64,000 nt of DNA from Eledone cirrhosa (lineage: Eukaryota), in NCBI GenBank assembly GCA_964016885.1, contig CAXHJY010001390.1:62001-126000 (forward strand), written 5' to 3'. How positions within the stretch are numbered: position 1 is the stretch's first letter; the number at the start of each line of letters is the position of its first letter. This document shows positions 1 to 13,284 of this stretch, piece after piece. Made by a program: the position numbers and the translations under genes. The notes under the pieces were generated by a model that saw nothing but the letters and a program-made list of their open reading frames with translations, searched no databases and was not told the DNA's origin.

Positions 1-772
1 CATTAATGTCCATATGCTTATGATAATGGTATATACACATATATGTGTGTGTGAGTGTGTGTGTGTATGTATGTTCGTGGTTGTGTGTATGTTTATGCGT
101 ATACGCGCGTGTGTGTGTGAATGTATGTATATGTGTGAGTATATGAATGTGTATATTTATATGTTTATATGCGTATACGTATTTTATCTGTAGATTATAA
201 ACATACAGAGACATTAGTCCTGAATTTTTGTATTTACATACATCTTTTCGGCATGCGTATGCATGTGAACATATATATTTTTATGCATATCTGTGAACGA
301 AGTTACTTACATATATACATACACCTAACTGTATAAACTTTTTGTGTTTTCATTGGTCAATTTGAATTCTGTTCCCAAACAGACCTGTAATTTTTAATTG
401 TTGTTATTATCAATAAATATATTTCATTATTTCTGAAGACGGCATATATATGTGTTGGTATGTATATTTAATTTTGATAGTTTGTATAATTTTGTATAAT
501 TTTGTACATAGATCTGTTGAATATGCATGCCAATTCGAACACATATATATCCTAGAAACGATCGTTAAATAATGAACTTTTTTTGTTTAATATAAGGAAC
601 TGTTTCATTGTTTTATTCATTATTTTTTTAATATTTTATCTTGACTCTGTATTCCGTTTATCTTTCACCGAAAGTGATTTTTCATTGCATCTCTTCTTTC
701 CATGATATCCGGATTACATTGAGTTCTTCATACGGATTGGACACTACCGTAAACTCTTGGTAGATTTATCTA
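1..772 (+). mobile_element. 3' end (pLTR/tail) of a probable Penelope-like element or retrozyme, running off the window start
   Basis: Non-coding, (TG)-rich UTR-like sequence containing an HHR, followed by a ~200-nt tail that ends directly in (TA)n. Same layout as the PLE 3' ends elsewhere in the window. Confidence 0.6.
425..574 (+). ncRNA. Type I hammerhead ribozyme with long stem II
   Basis: Stem I CATTATTT/AAATAATG; core CTGAAGA at 433-439; extended stem II (atatatatgtgtt...aacacatatatat); GAAAC-gatc-GTT. Confidence 0.8.
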
Positions 773-1133
<361 letters not shown>

Positions 1134-1169
1134 TATAAGATCAAAAGATGGTTAAAGGAGTTCCATGTA

Positions 1170-1236
1170 TTTTATTATGCGCATTTCAAAAACAAACATC
1201 ATCATGCAATAATATTTGTGTTTTCATCAGATAAAA
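1170..1236 (-). ncRNA. Type I hammerhead ribozyme (Naiad family 1)
   Basis: Minus strand: ttttat CTGATGA aaaca...ttttt GAAAT-gcgc-ATA ataaaa. Confidence 0.8.
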
Positions 1237-2258
1237 CAGAACATGATATGAAGGCTAAAAAACACTTGTGGATAGTGCAGTTTTAAATCAACATATGAAA
1301 AGTGGTTTTAGATTGATGTGTGATATTGGGAAAAATATTTTATTTAGAGAGGGGGGGTGGAAAGGATGAAAAAGGGGAGGAGATGAGAGGGAGAGATGGG
1401 TGATAGAGAGAAAGAGATAGTTTTTATAACTGAGAGAAGATATATTGTTTTACATAGAGAGGTTGAAAACCGTTGGAAGATAATGTATAAATTAAAAGAA
1501 TTTGAAAATTAACGAAGGGAAGATATGTATGAGGAAAAAATATTTTATTTAGGGAGGGGGGGGTGGAAAGGATGAAAAAAAGGGGGAGGAGATGAGAGTG
1601 AAGGTGGAGAGGGAGAGATGGGTGATAGAGAGAAAGAGATAGTTTTTATAACTGAGAAAAGATATATTGTTTTACATAGAGAGGTTGAGAACCGTTGGAA
1701 GATAATGTATAAATTAAAAGAATTTGAAAATTAACGAAGGGAATTTATGTATGAAGATAGAGAGAAAAAATAATAATTGTGGATGAATATTCTAACGTCA
1801 AAAAAAGTGTATGTTGATAAGTATTGTGGCAATTTCAAAATTAACGAAGAGAAAAAAATTATTAAGGTTTGTGTGTAGAAGGATTTGAGAAAAATAATGT
1901 GAAGTTAAAGTTTGTATATTGAAGGAATTGATATGTGCGAATAAAGAGTTAATATGTATTAAGAATGAGTTCGTTGATGGGGAGAAAAAAAATAATAAAT
2001 TATGAAATTGAGATTAAAAAGTTTTATGATAGAGAGAAAAATAATAATAATTGCGGATGAATATTCTAACGTCAAAAAAACAAATGTATATGTTATGAAG
2101 GATTTTACAAGGTGAAGATAGAAAGAGGGTAATGAGTAAACAAGTATTATAGAGTGTATAATGCCCTTTGAAGTAAGGTAGGAAGATGGGTATATTTTAA
2201 AGAGGTGTATGTATATGTGCCTTTGAGAAAAGATTCTAAATTGATAAAGAATTGAATA

Positions 2259-4661
2259 TTAACTGTATACTTTGTGAAAAGTCCTATGGAATTTATGCAG
2301 GCAGATAGAAAACAAATCTGTACGTCTATTTATTATAGAATCTAGGTTAGAGATAATGGTAAATTTTTCATTTAGACAGAGATTACAGATTTTAGATAGA
2401 GAGCTGTTCAAGTATGAGGATGCAGAAGAAACCTTCTTCCAAAAGATGGTATATTTTATGTTTTTGTCTTTCAAGGACCATATGAGTTCTGAGAGAGCCG
2501 TGTTGGTTCTTTTAAGTTTGTATTTGAAAGATGAATGATGATTGTAGAGACGAGCTTTAAAAGAGGTGGAAGTGGAGCCAAAATAGGTGAAGGAATTGGT
2601 GCTAGTTATAACTTTACATTCATAAATTAAGTTTTTATCGAGACAATGGTTGTTGAGAGGACATTTATTTTTAATGCGGCAGTTGCAATTAGAGAGATTA
2701 TTAATGAGTGACCTAGTGTTATCTATAGAAGGAATTGGATTGGAGAAGTTGTTTGCGATAGGAATAATAGGAATAATAGTTTCTTGATTTAGAGTTGGAT
2801 TATGAACATTTAGCGAAGTTGTGTTTGACGTTGTATTTGGGTTTACAGAAGTTAGCCTAGGGTTTACAATGACGTCGGGAGTACTATTACTGTTATTATG
2901 AAATTCAATGTTGGAAGGAAGAGATTTAGTATTTAGTATGTTATTGTTGTGTTTAGAGATGATGTTGGAAATATTGGAGGATGTAGAATAAGAAAATTTG
3001 ATGGTGTGTTTGTTAAATATTTTACTATAGATATGTGAGGGAGGGAAGCATTTATTTAAGGCACTAAAAAATAATTTAGGAATATTGTTATTAATAGAGA
3101 TGGAGAAAGGAGCATTATACCAGATTATGTTTTTGTATCTAGGTCTTTTATTAAAATTATTGGAATGATCATGATTAATTATTCTACTGTAAGTTTTTCT
3201 AGAATTTGTTTCTTTACTATATTTGATTTTATCTGGATAGCCGGCTTTAGAAAGTGCGTTATTATAGTAATTGGCGTTAGCATCAAAGATGTTTTTATTA
3301 GAAGATATGTTAGATATTCTTTTTCCAATATTACTAACTATAGCATTCTTGATATTGGTAGGATGGTTAGATTTAAAGTTAACATAATTTAGGTTCTCAT
3401 TGTTTTTATGGTAAGGGTAATATAGGCCAGTGTCAAGATTAAGAGATACATCCAAGAAATTAGCTAGTTTGATACTATTATCAAATTCAATTTTTAGGTT
3501 ATGTTGGTTAAAGAGATTACGTATATTGTTCTTAATAATATTAAGGTTAACTATATTGCAATTTAGGATAGTAAAGAGTCCATCGTCACGATAAATTCCA
3601 CCGCGAAGTTGAGGAATTTTCCGACTCAAGGAGTTCAAAATGAAGATACCAATTAAATCAGTCAATTGGGATGAATCGGATGCTCCCATTGTGATGTCGA
3701 AGTTGTTAGAGGTATCGGCTCTGGTCCAATATTCGTTGTTGAACTCTAGGATGGTTTTACGTGCGGTGAGGATGATGTGAAGTTCATCTGTGGTGATGTC
3801 AGAATATTTAAGTGCGAAAGATAGAGCATTATTGAGAAGTGAAGGCGAAATGGAGGAATAGTAGCTGGCAATATCAAATTGAATAAATTTTAGTTTGTTT
3901 TTATTATCCAATTTGTTGAACCAGCCAATCACTTCAGAAGTACCAAACCATAAATTTAGGTTCAAAGAAGAGCAATTAGAACTAACCTGTGGGATAATTC
4001 TATCCAAGATGGCTTTACTAACAACCCCCAGATCAGATTTAGAGGGGGCGATTAATCTAACAGGTAGTTCAGTGCGAAAATTGTTTTTGTGATCCTTGAG
4101 ATTTATCCTCGGAGTTCTTGGGAGGAATGGTTCGGTCTTTATTTCAATGCCAAGTTTTGACATAATCTCAGAGGCTTCAAGGTTTATGTATTCTAAATTT
4201 TCATGGTTGGTTTTACGATACTTTTTCCTAAGTTCCTTTAGGATAAGGTTGTTATAATTATCCTTGGAAATACCATATAAATTATTGGTTTTGTCAGAGT
4301 GGACTAAAACATTTTTTGAGGAATTTAGGTTAGAAATTGTGTTCTTGAGATTTACAAGGTGCTCTTGTCCTTTGTAAGGGTATCTCTTGAATTTAAGATT
4401 TTTTATTATTTTAGTTAATTCTTCCTCGAATTGTACTAGATTTTTGTTGGAAGGAGGATTTCGTCTAGAATTAAATAGATGATCGAGGAAGTTATGTTCT
4501 TTGGTATGGAAGTTCCCTTTTAGGCGCTGGTCATAGAAATAGGCTGTCCATCTAAGTCTTCTTACGAAGGAGTCAGTTTTTTCAATAAGAAGTTTGGTGA
4601 ATTCAGATTTACCAGGTATAGGAATGTCTTTAGTTGAATTGGTTATGTTGTAATAATCCAT
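2259..4661 (-). CDS. PLE reverse transcriptase-GIY-YIG endonuclease (~800 aa, uninterrupted)
   Basis: N-terminal KDIPIP...RRLRW; RT motifs [22 protein letters not shown]; CNC-x5-CPL-x3-C linker; LIYEC...YFGST GIY-YIG; C-terminal CNLC...CLH. Start placed at MDYYN because the upstream part of the ORF call is mostly microsatellite (an alternative Met lies at 4688). Confidence 0.9.
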   Translation of the reverse strand: MDYYNITNSTKDIPIPGKSEFTKLLIEKTDSFVRRLRWTAYFYDQRLKGNFHTKEHNFLDHLFNSRRNPPSNKNLVQFEEELTKIIKNLKFKRYPYKGQEHLVNLKNTISNLNSSKNVLVHSDKTNNLYGISKDNYNNLILKELRKKYRKTNHENLEYINLEASEIMSKLGIEIKTEPFLPRTPRINLKDHKNNFRTELPVRLIAPSKSDLGVVSKAILDRIIPQVSSNCSSLNLNLWFGTSEVIGWFNKLDNKNKLKFIQFDIASYYSSISPSLLNNALSFALKYSDITTDELHIILTARKTILEFNNEYWTRADTSNNFDITMGASDSSQLTDLIGIFILNSLSRKIPQLRGGIYRDDGLFTILNCNIVNLNIIKNNIRNLFNQHNLKIEFDNSIKLANFLDVSLNLDTGLYYPYHKNNENLNYVNFKSNHPTNIKNAIVSNIGKRISNISSNKNIFDANANYYNNALSKAGYPDKIKYSKETNSRKTYSRIINHDHSNNFNKRPRYKNIIWYNAPFSISINNNIPKLFFSALNKCFPPSHIYSKIFNKHTIKFSYSTSSNISNIISKHNNNILNTKSLPSNIEFHNNSNSTPDVIVNPRLTSVNPNTTSNTTSLNVHNPTLNQETIIPIIPIANNFSNPIPSIDNTRSLINNLSNCNCRIKNKCPLNNHCLDKNLIYECKVITSTNSFTYFGSTSTSFKARLYNHHSSFKYKLKRTNTALSELIWSLKDKNIKYTIFWKKVSSASSYLNSSLSKICNLCLNEKFTIISNLDSIINRRTDLFSICLHKFHRTFHKVYS

Positions 4662-4724
4662 GTTGTAGAAGAAGAGGTAAAAAACCATCAAAAGGTATCC
4701 AATATGAGAGTAAGCGTATACATA

Positions 4725-4907
<183 letters not shown>

Positions 4908-5694
4908 CGTAGTTTAGAAAGCCACAACAATGTAGAGGGAAATCTCGAGGTAGGAAGTGAATGATAGATAGGAGAAATAGGAGAAAGTGAAAATTGAGAG
5001 AGACAAAGATGAAAACAAAACAAAGGTAGAAAGGTTACCGTAGTGGAGATTTAATCCCAATATTTCGGGCTCACGCCCATCAACGGGGGAAAGTTCCAAA
5101 AGGGGGGGAACAGGCTAAGCCGGAGAAAGTTGTGATGTCGTTAAAACAGGAATGCCGTTATGGGGAGAACATTTTTAAAAATTTAAATGAGGGAAAGAAT
5201 GCGCGTGCGCGTGATAGGCTGTGGCAAAAGCTACTGACCAAATGGGTTAAATCAAGAGGGTGCGCTAGCGTGTGAAAGCCGTAAAATATGTGTGTGTAAA
5301 TATATATGTGTGTGTAACTGTGTGTGTATATGTGTAAGTGTGTATATGTGTGACTCTGTGTGTGAAAGATAGTGGGCTGTAGAAGCTGGAAATCAAAGGG
5401 TGTGAAAGGTGGTAGTTTGTAAAACATGTGTGCGTGTATAAATATAGATGTGTGTGTGTATGCGTATGGGTATATATGTGTGTGTAACTGTGTGTGTATA
5501 TGTGTGAGTGCGTGTGTGTGTGAAAGATAGTGGGCTGTAGAAGCTGGAAATCAAAGGGTGTGAAAGGTGGTAGGTTGTAAAAACATGTGTGCGTGTATAA
5601 ATATAGATGTGTGTGTGTGTATGCGTATGGGTATGCATATACGTGCGTGTGTGTGAAAATAGCAGGCCGTAAGGGCTGTGAATGGTCACTATGG

Positions 5695-6757
5695 TTAAGT
5701 TAGCCATGTCAGCTCATTTCTCTCAGCCCGGTTGTTAAGTGGGGGTCTGAGGTTCTTAATAACAAGTGCTTCCTTTATCCTTAAGGATCCGATGCTGCGT
5801 TCAGTCGCTAGGACTGTGACCAAGGGTCTACCCTGTGGGTTTCCGCATTTAAGGATGTGTTTACGGAAGGAAGATGCGTTGGTGTTGATATGTTCCTTGA
5901 TACGAACATGTAGGGGTCGGATGGTGCTACCTATGTAAAACTTGTTACATTTATCGCATTGAATCTTATATACGACATAGGTGCGTAGGCAATCTGCCCC
6001 CCGTATCGGGCAGTTGCTGAGGGAACACGTCCCATCTGACTCGTCGGGTTTGTTGGAGAGGCATCTTCGCAGCGAAGGTCCTGTGTGGGCCAAATGTATG
6101 TCAAGTCCCTCCGTCCGTATGGCCCTGCGGATGGCGTTCGTGGTATATTCACTCAGGTGGGGGATTTTAAAGAAGCACCTGCTTTTATTTAAGTTTCTAG
6201 TGGGTGTCTGTCTATTGGGTCTGGGGTCTCTAATTCCGTTTATCAGTCGCTTGAGATATCTATTAGACTTGAGTAGATTACGGAATTGCGTGGTATGGGT
6301 GAGACCACCCATCGGGTCGCTGCATCTGTTAGTGATCCGTGTCAGTTCATTTAGGACATAGCCTCTCTTAGCGTTGTTGGGGAGGGCTGAGTTGTAATGC
6401 ACAAATAAGTCCGTGCACGCTGCTTTGCGGTAGAAGGTGGTGTTTATGTTTCCTTCTTCCGAGATGTTGATACGGAAGTCGAGGAGGGCGAGTGACCCGT
6501 CTTCTCCTGGGTGTTCGATGGTGAAATCGACGTGATGGTCAGTATCGTTGAAGATTTGGTGATTTCATTCGCCATCTCCCGGGAAGAAGTAAGTATCAGG
6601 ATGTCATCAACGTATCTGGAGTAGAAGGCGACGGCGTTGGGTTGGCAGGTATTGAGTGCCTTGCGTTCCAGGTGGTCCATGTACGAGATCGCAAGTATGC
6701 CGGACAGACTAGAGCCCATAGGTAGCCCAGAGATTTGTTTGTACGTGTGGCCGAGGA
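5695..6757 (-). pseudogene. Truncated, frameshifted PLE RT + GIY-YIG
   Basis: YKQISGLPMGSSLS and YSRYVDDIL in one frame; VVYKIQC..C...YIGSTIRPLHVRIKEH and EALVI..LRPPLN in another. Confidence 0.88.
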
Positions 6758-7012
6758 AATATACACACTTACACATATACACACAGTTACACACACATAT
6801 ATATTTACACACACATATTTTACGGCTTTCACACGCTAGCGCACCCTCTTGATTTAACCCATTTGGTCAGTAGCTTTTGCCACAGCCTATCACGCGCACG
6901 CGCATTCTTTCCCTCATTTAAATTTTAAAAAATTTTCTCCCCATAACGGCATTCCTGTTTTAACGACATCACAACGTTCTCCGGCTTAGCCTGTTCCCCC
7001 CTTTTGGAACTT

Positions 7013-7048
7013 TCCCCCGTTGATGGGCGTAAGCCCGAAATATTGGGA
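7013..7048 (+). ncRNA. Divergent minimal hammerhead-like motif (second copy 5055-5090, minus)
   Basis: tccc CCGTTGA t gggc-GNRA-gccc GAAA-ta-TT ggga. The core deviates from CUGANGA at two positions. Confidence 0.4.
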
Positions 7049-7194
7049 TTAAATCTCCACTACGGTAACCCTTCTACCTTTGTTTTGTTTTCATCTTTGT
7101 CTCTCTCAATTTTCACTTTCTCCTATTTCTCCTATCTATCTTCACTTCTTACCTCGAGATTTCCCTCTGCATTGTTGTGGTTTTCTAAACTACG

Positions 7195-7370
<176 letters not shown>

Positions 7371-7371
7371 G

Positions 7372-7513
<142 letters not shown>

Positions 7514-7519
7514 TATGTA

Positions 7520-7585
<66 letters not shown>

Positions 7586-7589
<4 letters not shown>

Positions 7590-8787
7590 TGAGGGCCACC
7601 TCCTCCCTGGAATGACGTCAATAGAACAGAGACAGACGGAATCCCTGCTGGCCCTCACACCCAGGCTGTTCATGGTGCAAGCAATACTCCTCCCAACAAG
7701 AGGCGAAAATATCCTGGACCTCTGTTTTACAAACAACGAAGTGCTCATCCACAATGTAAAGGTGACACCAACAATTCTCTCGGATCATAACTTAGTAGAG
7801 CTAATGATATGTGGTCCAAGAGAACCAACAGAGACAAAACCACCAAGAAGCTCCGGGACGCTATCCAACCTTAACTTCTACAAGGCTAACTGGAAAAAGA
7901 TTAAGAGTGAAATCCGGAAGCAAACATGGAGTGAAAACACTGCCACACAAGACACTAACACACAATTTCAACACTTCATGACAACGATACACACCATATG
8001 CAAAAAGTGTGTCCCGGAAAAAGAGGCAAACAGACACAAAAATCTTATTCCCAGAGATAAGAAAATCCTTATGAAACGTAGAACTAAACTCTCAAACCAG
8101 TTGAATAGTCAACAAAACAAAAACAAGAAGGAATCCCATTTGAAACGTGCACTACTTGACACCGAGATTGCACTCAAACTTTCACATGAGAATGAGAGGG
8201 CAAAGAAAGAGAACAGGGCCATAGAAAACATTAAAACAAACCCTAAGGCCTTCTTTAAATTTGCAAAAGAAACTGCCTCAGTACACTGCAAGATTGGACC
8301 ACTCTTCCACACGGACGGTTCATTACCCGAAAATCCCCAAGAGATATATGAAATACTGAACGAACAGTACAAAAGTGTCTTCACATGTCCACTGAGGCAC
8401 ATGCAAATAACGAAGCCAGAGGAGTTCTTTGATGCCACAACACTACATGAAGAAATGGCAACCATCAACCACATAGACATAACGGAGGAGGATGTAGTGT
8501 ACGCCATTGATGAAATTAGAACAGACTCGACTGCTGGACCTGATGGATTCCCAGCAGTTCTCCTAAAAATATGTAAGCGGGCCTTAGCAACTCCACTGAA
8601 GATGCTCTTCAGAAGCTCCTTGGCTAGCGGTGTACTACCCAGGGAGCTGAAAGAAGGCACAATATGCCCTATCCATAAAGGAGGAAGTAGAGCGGAGGCC
8701 AAGAACTATAGGCCAGTCTCCCTGACGTCGCATATCAGTAAGGTCATGGAGCGAGTCGTCAGAAAGAAACTAATCACTTTCCTCGAA
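7586..8787 (+). mobile_element. Internal fragment of CR1/L2-group LINE family B (end of endonuclease to start of RT)
   Basis: [37 protein letters not shown]; closely similar to ~56140-57335; both ends abut (TA)n. Confidence 0.9.
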
Positions 8788-8933
<146 letters not shown>

Positions 8934-8935
8934 CA

Positions 8936-9017
<82 letters not shown>

Positions 9018-9255
9018 CATGCTACTGTACGTCTGTATACATATATGTATGTACGTATACATACATACTTACATTTAAGTAAGTGCCATACTAAGAGTGG
9101 GAAATGAAATTTCGTTTTAATTTTTTTCAACTTATCGTTTTCGGTATGCCTGACCGATTTAACTCACTCAATATGCAAATTAGGCTGCTCAGCCGTTAAT
9201 TTTCATAAGGAAATTATATACTTTCGAACGTTCAACTATGTGGCAGATGGGTATA

Positions 9256-9296
9256 CGGTGCTGATGATAGTTAACAAGCTAGAAACTAGTACATCG
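9256..9296 (+). ncRNA. Minimal type I hammerhead ribozyme
   Basis: cggtg CTGATGA tagtt-aaca-agcta GAAAC-ta-GTA catcg. Confidence 0.88.
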
Positions 9297-9447
9297 TTCC
9301 TGTGTCAGTGTTGAACAAAAAGGTGACGTGGTTGCCTTAACACCGTATGGCATAAATTCAGGCTGTTCAGTTTGTTTACAAACGAACAAAGCGGCGTTAT
9401 AATAAGCGTCCGCTAAACTGATGCGTGCATATATGTATGTGTACCTG

Positions 9448-9536
<89 letters not shown>

Positions 9537-9775
9537 GCATGCTACTGTACGTCTGTATACATATATGTATGTACGTATACATACATACTTACATTTAAGT
9601 AAGTGCCATACTAAGAGTGACAAATGAAATTTCGTTTTCATTTTTTTCAACTTATCGTTTTCGGTATGCCTGACCGATTTAACTCACTCAATATGCAAAT
9701 TAGGCTGCTCAGCCGTTAATTTTCATAAGGAAAGTATATACTTTCGAACGTTCAACTATCTGGCAGATGGGTATA

Positions 9776-9816
9776 CGGTGCTGATGATAGCTAACAAGCT
9801 TGAAACTAGTACATCG
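9776..9816 (+). ncRNA. Minimal type I hammerhead ribozyme (second monomer)
   Basis: cggtg CTGATGA tagct-aaca-agctt GAAAC-ta-GTA catcg, 520 nt after the first copy. Confidence 0.88.
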
Positions 9817-9961
9817 TTCCTGTGTCAGTGTTGAACAAAAAGTCGACGTGGTTGCCTTAACACCGTATGGCATAAATTCAGGCTGTTCAGTTTGTTTACA
9901 AACGAACAAAGCGGCGTTATAATAAGCGTCCGCTAAACTGATGCGTGCATATGTGTACCTG

Positions 9962-10027
<66 letters not shown>

Positions 10028-10238
10028 CATGCTACTGTACGTCTGTATACATATATGAATGTACGTATACATACATACTTACATGTAAGTAAGTGCCATA
10101 CTAAGAGTGAGAAATGAAATTTCGTTTTCATTTTTTTCAACTTATATATATATGTATATATATATATGTATATATATGTATATATATATATATGTATATA
10201 TATATATGTATATATATATATGTATATATATATATATG

Positions 10239-10269
<31 letters not shown>

Positions 10270-10460
10270 GTATATATGTATATATATATATATATGTATA
10301 TATTGGAATAAATGCTCTGAAATAGCGATATATATGTGAATATAGACATAGAATATTCGAAAATATTCTGTATGTTTATAATAAACATTTTGAAGACCTA
10401 ATCGCTATAGAATAGAATACGTCACGTATTACAATTAGATTCTCGATAAAAGCAAGGGAA

Positions 10461-10503
10461 GTAATCTACGCGTTTCATTCTTGTTAGAAATCTTCAGGAC
10501 TAC
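10461..10503 (-). ncRNA. Minimal type I hammerhead ribozyme
   Basis: Minus strand: gtagtc CTGAAGA tttct-aaca-agaat GAAAC-gc-GTA gattac. Confidence 0.88.
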
Positions 10504-10770
10504 ATATCCAGTGCTTTTATCGAGAATGACACAGCTAGAGACTTATAGAATACTTAGCTGTGTACAGGAACTGGTTTGAAAGAGCGGTTGCCGGTCCGGC
10601 AGAAATTAGAAATTGGAATAAATGCTCTGAAATAGCGATATATATGTGAATATAGACATAGAATATTCGAAAATATTCTGTATGTTTATAATAAACATTT
10701 TGAAGACCTAATCGCTATAGAATAGAATACGTCACGTATTACAATTAGATTCTCGATAAAAGCAAGGGAA

Positions 10771-10813
10771 GTAATCTACGCGTTTCATTCTTGTTAGAAA
10801 TCTTCAGGACTAC
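10771..10813 (-). ncRNA. Minimal type I hammerhead ribozyme (second monomer)
   Basis: Identical motif 310 nt away. Confidence 0.88.
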
Positions 10814-11140
10814 ATATCCAGTGCTTTTATCGAGAATGACACAGCTAGAGACTTATAGAATACTTAGCTGTGTACAGGAACTGGTTTGAAAGAGCGGTTG
10901 CCGGTCCGGCAGAAATTAGAAATTGGAATAAATGCTCTGAAATAGCGATATATATGTGAATATAGACATAGAATATTCGAAAATATTCTGTCAAGAATGA
11001 AACGCGTAGATTACTTCCCTTGCTTTTATCGAGAATCTAATTGTAATACGTGACGTATTCTATTCTATAGCGATTAGGTCTTCAAAATGTTTATTATAAA
11101 CATACAGAATATTTTCGAATATTCTATGTCTATATTCACA

Positions 11141-12808
<1,668 letters not shown>

Positions 12809-13284
12809 TCAACACATACAGTTGAGCAGTTGAAGTATAAGGACGTGTTTTTACTTCTCTCCCCGAGTAAGCAGCAAGTCACACAGCCACAAAACAAAAC
12901 CAGAAAACCAAACCAAACAAACAAAAATTGACCGGTTAATACATTTACATACATCTATATTATTATATATTTGAAAATTGACCGGTTAATACATTTACAT
13001 ACATCTATAATATATTATTATATATTTGAAACCACGTGTTTTCGAACTTGTGAGTACATTTTCCTTTAACTACAAATTATTATTATATACTTTCGTCTTT
13101 TCATTAACTTAATTAATTTCAAATAACCAGAATATACATATATATATATATACTCATATTTATATATATACTCTTCTCACTCACACACAAGAAAAACAAA
13201 AAACAAAAATAAATCAAAAATAAATTTAAAAAAAATATATAAATATTGAAATACTTAACTAAAACACACACACTCAAAACTAGA

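Larger units (their letters stand above)
1134..4716 (-). mobile_element. Penelope-like retroelement, Naiad-type family 1, near full length
   Basis: Single RT + GIY-YIG ORF, ~1.1-kb 3' UTR with internal duplications, HHR near the 3' end, (TA)n on both sides. Confidence 0.9.
9015..10143 (+). mobile_element. Retrozyme-like tandem array A (~520-nt monomer, ~2.2 copies)
   Basis: Direct repeats starting at ~9015, ~9536 and ~10025; one HHR per full monomer; non-coding; internal (TA)n in each monomer. Confidence 0.8.
10303..11140 (-). mobile_element. Retrozyme-like tandem array B (310-nt monomer, ~2.2 copies plus inverted arm)
   Basis: Repeats start at 10303, 10613 and 10923; ~10991-11140 is an inverted partial monomer; one HHR per full monomer. 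Confidence 0.85.
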
